Positions 1 to 10,251 of a stretch of DNA of 18,448 nucleotides are shown here, piece by piece; position 1 is the stretch's first letter; every line of letters begins with the position of its first letter. This DNA is from Piromyces finnis finn. Lineage: Eukaryota; Fungi; Neocallimastigomycota. The translations under genes were made by a program, and so were the position numbers. The notes beneath the pieces were generated by a model. It was not told the DNA's origin. It saw only the letters and a list, made by a program, of their open reading frames with translations, and made no database searches. The DNA is taken from the NCBI GenBank assembly GCA_002104945.1, contig MCFH01000196.1, positions 1 through 18,448 on the forward strand, given 5' to 3'.

Positions 1-306
1 GTTAGAAATTAATTTTAGTTAATTTCGGGGTATTTTATAATTATTTGGTATAGAATATTTGTTGTTAAAATAGTTTAATAGTTAATAATCAATAAATAGT
101 AATAATAAAAATATATTAGTTTGGTTAATAACTAGTTGTTAGTTTAGTAGTAGTAAATAATAAAAAGGTTAGTATAGTATAATAATAAGGTTGTTAAATT
201 ATTTATTTAATATAAGAATAAAATAATTGGAATAGTCAAGTTGAATAGTATAAATAATTGGGATATTAAATATTGGTTGACTATTTGTTGTTTATTAAGT
301 AGTAAT

Positions 307-3300
307 ATGAATACTAGATATAGAATGTTAGACAACCGTGACGATGGAATAGCTGGAGTCAGTGACGCAGGCTCTGAGGCGAGTTCCATGATGGATATTG
401 AGGATGAGACTGGTAAAAGCGTTAACACCAGGGGAAGACTCATCCCAAAACCTCCAAGATTTTCGGAAAAAGAAGTGAACTTCTTTACTTCCTGGCAAGA
501 TTGGAGAAATACTTTAAATATAACTTGAAGAAGATGCTACCGACGCCTACAAGCTGGATATCTTGGGATGCTACCTGGAAGGAACCGCCGCCGAATGGTT
601 TGCCGACTTAGAAAGAGAAGAAAGCCCCCTGTTGAACTCTACGAAGATTTATTGAGGCAATGAAGGCTCGCTTAAAAACTGCAACAGTGCCGATGTAGCC
701 AAAGTCGACTTGCAAAATTGAAGTCAAGTCAATTCAAGAACGTCATGGACTACTGCGAGAATTTGAAAAGATGGCTAGAGACTCGTCTTTAATGATGAAG
801 CAAAATCCATTTCTTTATGGAAGGTTTACCAACTTCAGTCAAGGAAAAAGCAAGCTCCTTTACCCAAGAATTAGAAAGTTAACTGAGTTAATTAATGTTG
901 TTGCTGCCAATGTAGAATAGAATGGAAAGTCTTCGGAAAGATCCTATGGATGTCGACGGAAAGAAGAACCGAAGATATAACAGAGACTTAGGATCAAGGT
1001 ACCTCTCTTATGGTGTAAAATATAGAAATTATGTAGACCAAGAAACCCACACCTCAGCTAAGCCTAGAAAATGTTTCTTCTGCAAAAGGACTGGACATAT
1101 TAAGAAGGATTGTCCTCAACTTAAGGATAAGGTTATAAATAGACCAAAAGCTTCATGGCTACTACCGCTGGAAGAAGAATGTTAAATGTTTAGAATTCTT
1201 TACAAGTAATAATGGTGTTATCTTAAGGCTCTTGTGGATTCTGGTTCGGACTTGACTTTTTGGATTGGAAAGCCGTGAAAGTACAAGATCCATTCCAAAG
1301 AATGTTTAAGGATAATTGTTGAAGGTATAGGTGGTAATGGATTCTTGAAGTATGAAACAATTCCTTATAATGAATATCAAGAATCATAAAGAATCCATTC
1401 AATTCTACCTTACTGATCTTCCTTCTGGTATTTCTGTCATTCTGGGTAAGAATTGGTTAAGAAAAACAGATCCTACAATTAGCTTTAAGGATCAAACTCT
1501 TGAATTCAAATCCGAATTCTGTTCTTTGAATTGCTGTGCTACTCCAGAAGACATGAAAAGAAGAAATCAAGAAGCACAATTGGCCAAAGAAGAAGAAAGA
1601 AGAAAAGAAAAGGAACTCGTACAAGAAATACTTAACAATTATAAGAATAGTTTAAAAATTAGAGAAAGTGAAATTAGAAAAAGAAATATAAAAATTATAG
1701 ATAAAAATAAAATTCATGTATTAAAAAGAAATGTAGTAAAAACTTAAAATTAAATAAAAGAATGTTCAAAAGTATATTGTATGTAGTGTTATTTCAAATG
1801 AAGGAAATAAAGGTGAAGATGTTGAAGAAAGTGTTGTAGAAATTCCTGATGTATATAAGGAATTTGAAAGTGTATTTGATGAAGTTGAGTGTAATGAACT
1901 ACCTCCACATCGAATATACGATTGTAAAATAAGATTGAAAGATAAAGATAACTTATTTTATGGTCCTTTATACCCTCTAACAGAAGAAGAAAGGAATACG
2001 TTAAAGGAGTATATTTCTGAAAATCTAGAAAAAGGATTTATAAGACCGTCTACTTCACCTGCTGGAGCACCTGTGCTATTTGTTAGGAAAAAGGATGGAA
2101 CTTTAAGATTGTGTGTTGACTACCGAAGACTCAATGAAAACACAATCAGGGATTCATATCCACTACCTCTCATATCTGAATTATTCGATAGATTAAGAGA
2201 AGCCAAAGTTTTTACTAAACTTGATCTCAAGTCTGCTTATAATCTAGTTCGAATAAATGAAGGTGATGAATATAAACTGCATTTAGGACAAGATTTGGTC
2301 ACTTTGAATATCTTGTCATGCCGTTTGGATTAAAAAACGCTCCTGCAACTTTCCAACATTTTATCAATGATGTTCTCGGGGAATACTTGGATGAATTCGC
2401 CTTTTCTTATATTGATGATATTCTTATCTATTCGAAAAACTTGGAAGAACACCGAAAGCATGTAAAGAAAGTTCTTCAAAGATTAAAAGAAAATGGCTTT
2501 ATGCGAAACTTAGCAAATGTGAATTTGAAACTTCAGAAACTACTTTCTTAGGGCATGTTATCTCAGATAAAGGAATCTCTATGGATCCAAAGAAGGTTAA
2601 AGCTATTATGGAATGGCCTGTCCAACATCTGTTAAAGAAGTTCATCTTTATTGGATTATGAATTATTATAGAAGATTTATTCCAAACTTTGCTAGTATTG
2701 CTAAACCGTTACATAATCTAACTAAGAAAGATGTCAATTTTCATTGGCCAGAAGAATGTAATGAAGCTTTTTGTATATTAAAGAAATTCTTTACCGAGGA
2801 ACCAATTTTAATTCATGCTGATCCTGAATTACCTTTTGTGGTTGAGACAGATGCAAGTAATTTGCAATCGGTGCCGTATTTATCTCAAAGATTACCGGAT
2901 AATAACGAGCTTCATCCAATTTGTTATTATTCAAGGGATTGACTAAATCGGAAAAGAATTATCCTATTTATGATAAGGAACTTTTGGCTGTTATTGAAGC
3001 TTTGAAACAATGGAGACATACTTAGAAGGAGCAAGCATCAATTTATGATCTATCGGATCATAAAAATCTTACCTTTCCAGAAAGCCTGAATATTGTCGCA
3101 AAGACAAATTCGCTGGAATTTGTTTTTACCGTTATGATTTCAAAATACAATATAGACCGGGTAAAGAAGGTGGAAAACCTGATGCTTTTTCAAGACGTCC
3201 TGATTATGAAAAGAAAAATAATAAAGAAGAGAAGAAGCCTATTCTGTTTGACAGTTAAAGAAATCGAAGATACTTTTATGTCTTGTGTCTATTCGAGGAA

Positions 3301-4735
3301 TCTTAAAGAAAGATTTAATTAAAGAAATTAAAGAAGATGAAGAAATTAAAGAGTTAATAAAATTCTACAAGGAAAATCTACCGCAAGTAAGAAGTATAAG
3401 AAGTTAATGAAAAATTTTAAGTTAAGCGAAGAAGGAATTCTTTTGTATAAAAGTTTAATTTATGTACCAAAGAAAATGAGAAATACAATAATCTCAATGC
3501 ATCATGACAATCCAATTCAATGGTCATTTTGGTATTATAAAACAAAAGAATTAATTACAAGAAACTTTGTTTGGATAAACATGACTCAAGATATAGTTAA
3601 GTTTATTGCTTCTTGTAAAGTTTGTGGAGCTGCTAAGGTTGATCGTCATAGACCTTATGACTTTTACAGCCGCTACCAACTCCCTGAAAGACCGTGGTCT
3701 TCTGTTTCTATGGATTTTATAACTGATTTGCCAAAGTCAAAGGAAAAAACAGTTATAATGGTTGTTGTGGATAGATTAACGAAGATGGCTCACTTTATTC
3801 CGTTTAGAATGATTCCTACTGCTCAAATTGCTGCTGATGTTTTTCTTTAGAGAAGTTTTTCGTTTACATGGTCTACCTGATGAAATAATATCGGATCGAG
3901 GAACCCAGTTTACTTCAGAATTTTGGCAAAAGATTATGCACTTTGTTGAACATAAAGCACAATATCTCGAGTGCTCATCATCCTCAAACAGACGGGCAGA
4001 CTGAACGTGTAAATAGTATTTTAGAACAATTTCTTAGATGTTATATTAACAAAAGAAAAGATAACTGGATGAACCTTTTGCCTTATGCTGAATTTGCGTA
4101 TAATAATACACTTCAGCAATCCATAAATCAAACACCCATTCTTTGCAAATTATGGGCAAAATCCAAGATTTAGTACGAAATTCCTGCTGATAGCGACAAT
4201 AGAAGAGCTAACAGGCACGCCTCTCAGATGCAAGAATAATATTAAATTTTTAAAGAAGAACTTAGAAAAAGCCAAGGAAGATATAAGAAGTATGCCGATG
4301 TATTAGACTTATTGGACCTAAGTTAAAGGTTGGTGACTTAGTTTGGTTTAAAGCGTCCTGACTTTACTTCCTAAAGGGACCTCCAAAATTAACAAATAAG
4401 AAACTTGGACCATTTAAGATTATTGAAAAAACAGGACCCGTTTCTTATAATTGGAACTACCAGAAAGTTTAAGATGTCATCCCGTTTTCCATATTCGAAC
4501 TTAGAACCTTATGTTGAAAGAGAAGTTGAAGTGAATGAATCAACTTCTAGAATTCCAAACATTGCTACCGATTCTGGCTGAAGGAAGAATTCCATTGAAG
4601 ATAGTTAGTGAAAAAGTTGTTAATGGAATAAGTACTACTTTATGGTTTGGAAAAACTTATTACCTTCAGAAAGTACATGGCTTAAAGAAGATGAAATCGA
4701 TGACCCTCAATTGATCCAGGAATACCTTAAAATAA
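307..4735 (+). pseudogene. gag-pol: gag-pol polyprotein of copy A, broken by many 1-bp deletions (possibly sequencing errors)
   Basis: CCHC knuckle [14 protein letters not shown] 1072-1113; protease ALVDSGS 1228-1248; [20 protein letters not shown] and YIDD 2408-2419; RNase H VETDAS; integrase [15 protein letters not shown] and [12 protein letters not shown]; GPF motif; chromodomain 4586-4732; stop TAA 4733-4735. The start ATG at 307 (alternative 325) is inferred. Confidence 0.93.
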
Positions 4736-4755
4736 GTCGCTCAGGGGCTCGACTT

Positions 4756-4766
4756 AAGAAGAGGGG
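4756..4766 (+). promoter_or_regulatory. Polypurine tract of copy A
   Basis: AAGAAGAGGGG followed by CA and then the LTR start TGTAAAATATT at 4769. Confidence 0.9.
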
Positions 4767-4768
4767 CA

Positions 4769-5006
4769 TGTAAAATATTGTATTAATAGAATAATGTATT
4801 TAATACGTATTTAAAATAATGTACAATGTATTGAATTAATGTACCGTAAATCTTTACAAAATTTATATCACAATACATTAACATAAATCTATGTGAAATC
4901 TAAAGTTACGATAAAATAATGTATTACAATACATTAACATAAATTTATGTAAATTTAATTTTATGATAAGATAAAGTTTTTGATGATAAAAAAATTTAAT
5001 TAAATT
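4769..5006 (+). repeat. Truncated 3' LTR (U3 only) of copy A
   Basis: Matches the first ~180 nt of B's 5' LTR (revcomp of ~10855-11048), plus an extra 56-bp segment. Confidence 0.9.
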
Positions 5007-5012
5007 ACTTTA

Positions 5013-5185
5013 TGTAATTATTGTAAACATTATTTTATCGTAACTTTAGATTTCACATAGATTTTATTTTAATGTATTGTGATATAAATTTTTGTAAAGA
5101 TTTACGGTACATTAATTCAATACATTGTACATTATTTTAAATACGTATTAAATATACATTATTCTATTAATACAATATTTTTACA
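5013..5185 (-). repeat. Truncated 3' LTR (U3 only) of copy B
   Basis: Starts TGTAAAAATATTG at 5185 on the minus strand after the PPT. It is the revcomp of 4769-~4940 apart from small indels. Confidence 0.88.
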
Positions 5186-5187
5186 TG

Positions 5188-5198
5188 CCCCTCTTCTT
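5188..5198 (-). promoter_or_regulatory. Polypurine tract of copy B
   Basis: Plus-strand CCCCTCTTCTT = AAGAAGAGGGG on the minus strand, 2 nt from the LTR. Confidence 0.9.
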
Positions 5199-5217
5199 AA
5201 GTGAGCCCCTGAGCGAC

Positions 5218-7067
5218 TTATAGTTTAAGGTATTCCTGGATCAATTGAGGGTCATCGATTTCATCTTCTTTAAGCCATGTACTTTCTGAAGGTAATAAGT
5301 TTTTCCAAACCATAAAGTAGTACTTAGTTCCATTAATAATTTTTCACTAACTATCTTCAATGGAATTCTTCCTTCAGCAGAATCGGAGCAATGTTTGGAA
5401 TTCTAGAAGTTGATTCATTCACTTCAACTTCTCTTTCAACATAAGGTTCTAAGTTCGAAATATGGAAAACGGGATGACATCTTAAACTTTCTGGTAGTTC
5501 CAATTTATAAGAAACGGGTCCTGTTTTTCAATAATCTTAAATGGTCCAAGTTTCTTATTTGTTTAATTTTGGAGGTCCTTTAGGAAGTAAGTCAGGACGC
5601 TTTAACCAAACTAAGTCACCAACCTTTAACTTAGGTCCAATAAGTCTAATACAATCGGCATACTTCTTATATCTTTCTTGGCTTTTTCTAAGTTCTTCTT
5701 TAAAAATTTAATATTATCTTGCATCTGAGAGGCGTGCCTGTTAGCTCTTCTGATTGTCAGCTATCAGCAGGAATTCGGTACTAAATCTTGGATTTTGCCC
5801 ATAATTTGCAAAGAATGGTGTTTGATTTATGGATTGCTGAAGTGTATTATTATACGCAAATTCAGGCATAAGGCAAAGAGTTCATCCAGTTATCTTTCTT
5901 TTGTTAATATAACATCTAAGAAATTGTTCTAAAATACTATTTACACGTTTCAGTCTGCCCGTCTGTTTGAGGATGATGAGCACTCGAGATATTGTGCTTT
6001 ATGTTCAACAAAGTGCATAATCTTTGCCAAAATTCTGAAGTAAACTGGGTTCCTCGATCCGATATTATTTCATCAGGTAGACCATGTAAACGAAAAACTT
6101 CTCTAAAGAAAACATCAGCAGCAATTTGAAGCAGTAGGAATCATTCTAAACGGAATAAAGTGAGCCATCTTCGTTAATCTATCCACAACAACCATTATAA
6201 CTGTTTTTTCCTTTGACTTGGCAAATCAGTTATAAAATCCATAGAAACAGAAGACCACGGTCTTTCAGGAGTAGGTAACGGCTGTAAAAGTCCATAAGGT
6301 CTATGACGATCAACCTTAGCAGCTCCACAAACTTACAAGAAGCAATAAACTTAACTATATCTTGAGTCATGTTTATCCAAACAAAGTTTCTTGTAATTAA
6401 TTCTTTTGTTTTGATAATACCAAAATGACCATGAATTGGATTATCATGATGCATCGAGATTATTGTATTTCTCATTTTCTTTGGTACATAAATTAAACTT
6501 TTATACAAAAGAATTCCTTCTTCACTTAACTTAAAATTTTTCATTAATTTCTTATACTTCTTATTTGCGGTAGATTTCCTTGTAGTATTTTTATTAACTC
6601 TTTAATTTCTTCATCTTCTTTAATTTCTTTAATTAAATCTTCTTTAAGATTTCCTCGAATAGACACAAGACATAAAGTATCTTCAATTTCTTTGACTGTC
6701 AAACAGGAATAAGCTTCTTCATCTTCTTTATTAATTTTTTCTTTTCATAATCAGGGCGTCTTGAAAAAGCATCAGGTTTTCCACCTTCTTTACCCGGTCT
6801 ATATTGTATTTTGAAGTCATAACGTGTTAAGAACAAATTCCATCGAATTTGTCTTTGCGATAATAATTCGGGCTTCCTTGGAAAAGTAAGATTTTTATGA
6901 TCTGTGTAGATCATAAATTGATGCTTAGCTCCTTCTAAGTAATGTCTCCATTGTTTCAAAGCTTCAATAACAGCCCAAAAGTTCTTTATCATAAATTGGG
7001 TAGTTCTTTTCCGATTTAGTCAATCCTCTTGAATAATAACAAATTGGATGAAGCTCGTTATTATCCG

Positions 7068-7109
<42 letters not shown>

Positions 7110-9769
7110 TTCGAGTGCATTTCTCCATCGATTATTATCCGGTAATCTTTGAGATAATACGGCACCGATTGCGAAATTACTTGCATCTGTCTCAACCACA
7201 AAAGGTAATTCAGGATCAGCATGAATTAAAATTGGTTCCTCGGTAAAGAATTTCTTTAATATACAAAAAGCTTCATTACATTCTTCTGGCCAATGAAAAT
7301 TGACATCTTTCTTAGTTAGATTATGTAACGGTTTAGCAATACTAGCAAAGTTTGGAATAAATCTTCTATAATAATTGCATAATCCAATAAACGACTGAAC
7401 TTCTTTAACAGATGTTGGCACAGGCCATTCCATAATAGCTTTAACCTTTTTTGGATCCATAGAGATTCCCTTATCTGAGATAACATGCCCTAAGAAAGTA
7501 GTTTCTGAAGTTTCAAATTCACATTTGCTAAGTTTCGCATAAAGACCATTTTCTTTTAATCTTTGAAGAACTTTCTTTACATGCTTTCGGTGTTCTTCCA
7601 AGTTTTTCGAATAGATAAGAATATCATCAATATAAGAAAAGGCGAATTCATCCAAGTATTCCCGAGAACATCATTGATAAAATGTTGGAAAGTTGCAGGA
7701 GCGTTTTTTAATCCAAACGGCATGACAAGATATTCAAAGTGACCAAATCTTGTCCTAAATGCAGTCTTATATTCATCACCTTCATTTATTCGAACTAGAT
7801 TATAAGCAGACTTGAGATCAAGTTTAGTAAAAACTTTGGCTTCTCTTAATCTATCGAATAATTCAGATATGAGAGGTAGTGGATATGAATCCCTGATTGT
7901 GTTTTCATTGAGTCTTCGGTAATCAACACACAATCTTAAAGTTCCATCCTTTTTCCTAACAAATAGCACAGGTGCTCCAGCAGGTGAAGTAGACGGTCTT
8001 ATAAATCCTTTTTCTAGATTTTCAGAAATATACTCCTTTAACGTATTCCTTTCTTCTTCTGTTAGAGGGTATAAAGGACCATAAAATAAGTTATCTTTAT
8101 CTTTCAATCTTATTTTACAATCGTATATTCGATGTGGAGGTAGTTCATTACACTCAACTTCATCAAATACATTTTCAAATTCCTTATATACATCTGGAAT
8201 TTCTATAACATTTTCTCTAACATCTTCACCACTATTTTCATCATTTGAAAGAACACTACATACAATATACTTTTGAACATTCTTTTTATTTAATTTTAAA
8301 TTTTTACTACATTTCTTTTTAATACATGAATTTTTATTTTTATCTATAATTTTTCTATTTTCTTTATTCCTAATTTCACTTTCTCTAATTTTTAAACTAT
8401 TCTTATAATTGTTAAGTATTTCTTGTACGAGTTCCTTTTCTTTTCTTCTTTTTTCTTCTTTGGCCAATTGCGCTTCTTGATTTCTTCTTTCCATGTCTTC
8501 TGGAGTAGCACAGCAATTCAAAGAACAGAATTCGGATTTGAATTCAAGAGTTTGATCCTTAAAGCTAATTGTAGGATCGTGTTTTCTTAACCAATTCTTA
8601 CCCAAAATGACAGAAATACCAGAAGGAAGATCAGTAAGGTAGAATTGAATGGATTCTTTATGATTCTTGATGTTCATGATTAAAGGAATTGTTTCATACT
8701 TCAAGAATCCATTACCACCTATACCTTCAACAAACTTATCCTTAAACATTCTTTGGAATGGGATCTTGTACTTGTCCACGGCTTTCCAATCCAAAAAGTC
8801 TAAGTCCGAACCAGAATCCACAAGAGCCTTAAGATACACTCCATTATTGACTTGTAATAGAATGTCATAAACATTTAACATTCTTCTTCCAGCGGTAGTA
8901 GCCATGAACGCTTTTGGTCTATTTATAACCTTATCCTTAAGTTGAGGACAATCCTTCTTAATATGTCCAGTCCTTTTGCAGAAGAAACATTTTCTAGGCT
9001 TAGCTGAGGTGGTAGGGTTTTCTTGGTCTACATAATTTCTATATTTTACACCATAAGAGAGGTACCTTGTTCCTAAGTCTCTGTTATATCTTCGGTTCTT
9101 CTTTCCGTCGACATCCATAGGATCCTTTCCGAAGACTTTCCATTCTACTTCTACATTGGCAGCAACAACATTAATTAACTCAGTTATCTTTCTAATTCTT
9201 GGGTAAAGGAGCTTCGCTTTTTCCTTGACTGAAGTTGGTAAACCTTCCATAAAGAAATGGATCTTTGCTTCATCATTAAAGGACGAGTCTCTAGCCATCT
9301 TTTCAAATTCCTCGCAGTAGTCCATGACGTTCTTGAATTGGCTTGACTTTAACTTTGCAAGTCGACTGTTGGCTACATCGGCACTGTTACAGGTTTTATA
9401 GCGAGCCTTCATTGCCTCAATAAAATCTTCATAGGAGTTCAACAGGGGGCTTTCTTCTCTTTCCAAGTCGGCAAACCATTCGGCGGCGGTTCCTTCCAGG
9501 TAGCATCCCAAGATATCCAGCTTGTAGGCGTCGGTAGCATCTTCTTCTAAGTTATATTTGAAGTATTTCTCCAATCTTGCCAGGAAGTAAAGAAGTTCAC
9601 TTCTTTTTCCCGAAAATCTTGGAGGTTTTGGGATGAGTTTTCCCCTGGTGTTAACGCTTTTACCAGTCTCATCCTCGATATCCATCATGGAACTCGCCTC
9701 AGAGCCTGCGTCACTGACTCCAGCTATTCCATCGTCACGGTTGTCTAACATTCTATATCTAGTATTCAT
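5218..9769 (-). pseudogene. gag-pol: gag-pol polyprotein of copy B; gag-PR-RT in one open frame, RNase H interrupted by a poly(A) insertion
   Basis: The ORF 9835-7577 runs unbroken through Gag (PKPPRFSG, knuckle 8948-8989), ALVDSGS and RT. A 1-bp loss in a G run near 7661 shifts the frame before YIDD. A 74-bp insertion plus duplication lies at 7058-7144. Integrase and chromodomain follow, with the stop at 5218-5220. Confidence 0.95.
7071..7131 (-). mobile_element. Very short poly(A)-tailed retroposed insertion (25 nt + A36) with 13-bp TSD
   Basis: TTATTATCCGGTA is duplicated at 7058-7070 and 7132-7144. The matching site in copy A (~2893-2905) is empty. The minus strand reads TCGATGGAGAAATGCACTCGAAGTT-A36. 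Confidence 0.9.
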
Positions 9770-10240
9770 ATTACTACTTAATAAACAACAAATAGTCAAC
9801 CAATATTTAATATCCCAATTATTTATACTATTCAACTTGACTATTCCTAATTATTTTATTCTTATATTAAATAAATAATTTAACAACCTTATTATTATAC
9901 TATACTAACCTTTTTATTATTTACTACTACTAAACTAACAACTAGTTATTAACCAAACTAATATATTTTTATTATTACTATTTATTGATTATTAACTATT
10001 AAACTATTTTAACAACAAATTATTCTATACCAAATAATTATAAAATACCCCGAAATTAACTAAAATTAATTTCTAACAAAAAAATTTTTTTTTTTTTTTT
10101 TTTTTTTAATATTAATATATTTTAGATAATCCCCGAATTTAATTCTATTATTAAATTCTCACTATAATTAATTTTTTTTTTTTTTATAATATTATTTTCT
10201 ATTACTATTCTTATACAAAGGTGAACTTCCTATTCTAATA

Positions 10241-10251
10241 AGTTGGAAAAT
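10241..10251 (-). promoter_or_regulatory. Primer-binding site of B, self-priming (Tf1) type
   Basis: ATTTTCCAACT directly follows the LTR end ...TTTTACA. It has no TGG (tRNA-CCA complement) and is perfectly complementary to AGTTGGAAAAT at 10536-10526 inside the LTR. Confidence 0.8.

Larger units (their letters stand above)
1..5006 (+). mobile_element. Ty3/gypsy chromovirus copy A (5' LTR outside window; 3' LTR truncated)
   Basis: Domain order gag-PR-RT-RH-IN-chromodomain, then PPT and a TGTAA LTR start at 4769. Bases 1-306 match the reverse complement of B's leader (9770-10077). Confidence 0.95.
1..10077. repeat. ~10-kb inverted repeat (arms ~1-4930 and ~5020-10077) formed by copies A and B tail-to-tail
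   Basis: Base 1 (GTTAGAA) pairs with 10077 (TTCTAAC). Pairing is clear inward to 4930/5020 and gapped to ~4960/4998, leaving an unpaired core at 4961-4997. Confidence 0.95.

Noticed and set aside
307-318. ATGAATACTAGA shared by the A/B gag start and the C LTR start; ATAAGTCGCT shared by 4732 and 13021
   Set aside because: Isolated 10-12-mers with no flanking similarity; likely chance.
207-443. Antisense ORFs 207-443, 8667-8870, 9633-9878, 15031-15234, 15345-15530, 16043-16228
   Set aside because: Shadow ORFs opposite gag/pol with no recognisable motifs.
241-4735. Frameshifts in A, B and C as programmed frameshifting or true decay, and the fragment ORFs as separate genes
   Set aside because: Nearly all are 1-bp losses in short runs and differ between arms, the profile of unpolished long-read consensus. 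The fragments are parts of single polyproteins.
5008-5017. TGTAA at 5013 as a true LTR end with TSD CTTTA/TTTTA
   Set aside because: The real LTR is 797 bp with a 16-bp TIR. This position aligns to internal U3 of A, and the putative TSD is imperfect in AT-rich DNA.
7071-7131. Poly-T + 25-mer as a sequencing adapter or oligo-dT primer
   Set aside because: It is flanked by an exact 13-bp duplication of target sequence and does not resemble the PacBio, ONT or SMART adapters I recall. I have not checked it against a database.
7020-7655. Poly-lysine tract in the 211-aa ORF as a protein feature
   Set aside because: It is translation of the inserted poly(A) tail.
307-9769. RIP-type hypermutation
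   Set aside because: Differences between copies favour synonymous sites in both directions, and a 2.2-kb ORF is free of stops.
9770-9835. TTG start for gag (9835 in B, 241 in A)
   Set aside because: Eukaryotic element. In-frame ATGs at 9769/9751 (307/325) are more plausible, and the extension is low-complexity leader.
1-10077. Palindrome as a simple single-molecule fold-back read
   Set aside because: The arms differ by many synonymous substitutions and by a TSD-flanked insertion, which read error cannot make. An assembly-level chimera remains possible.
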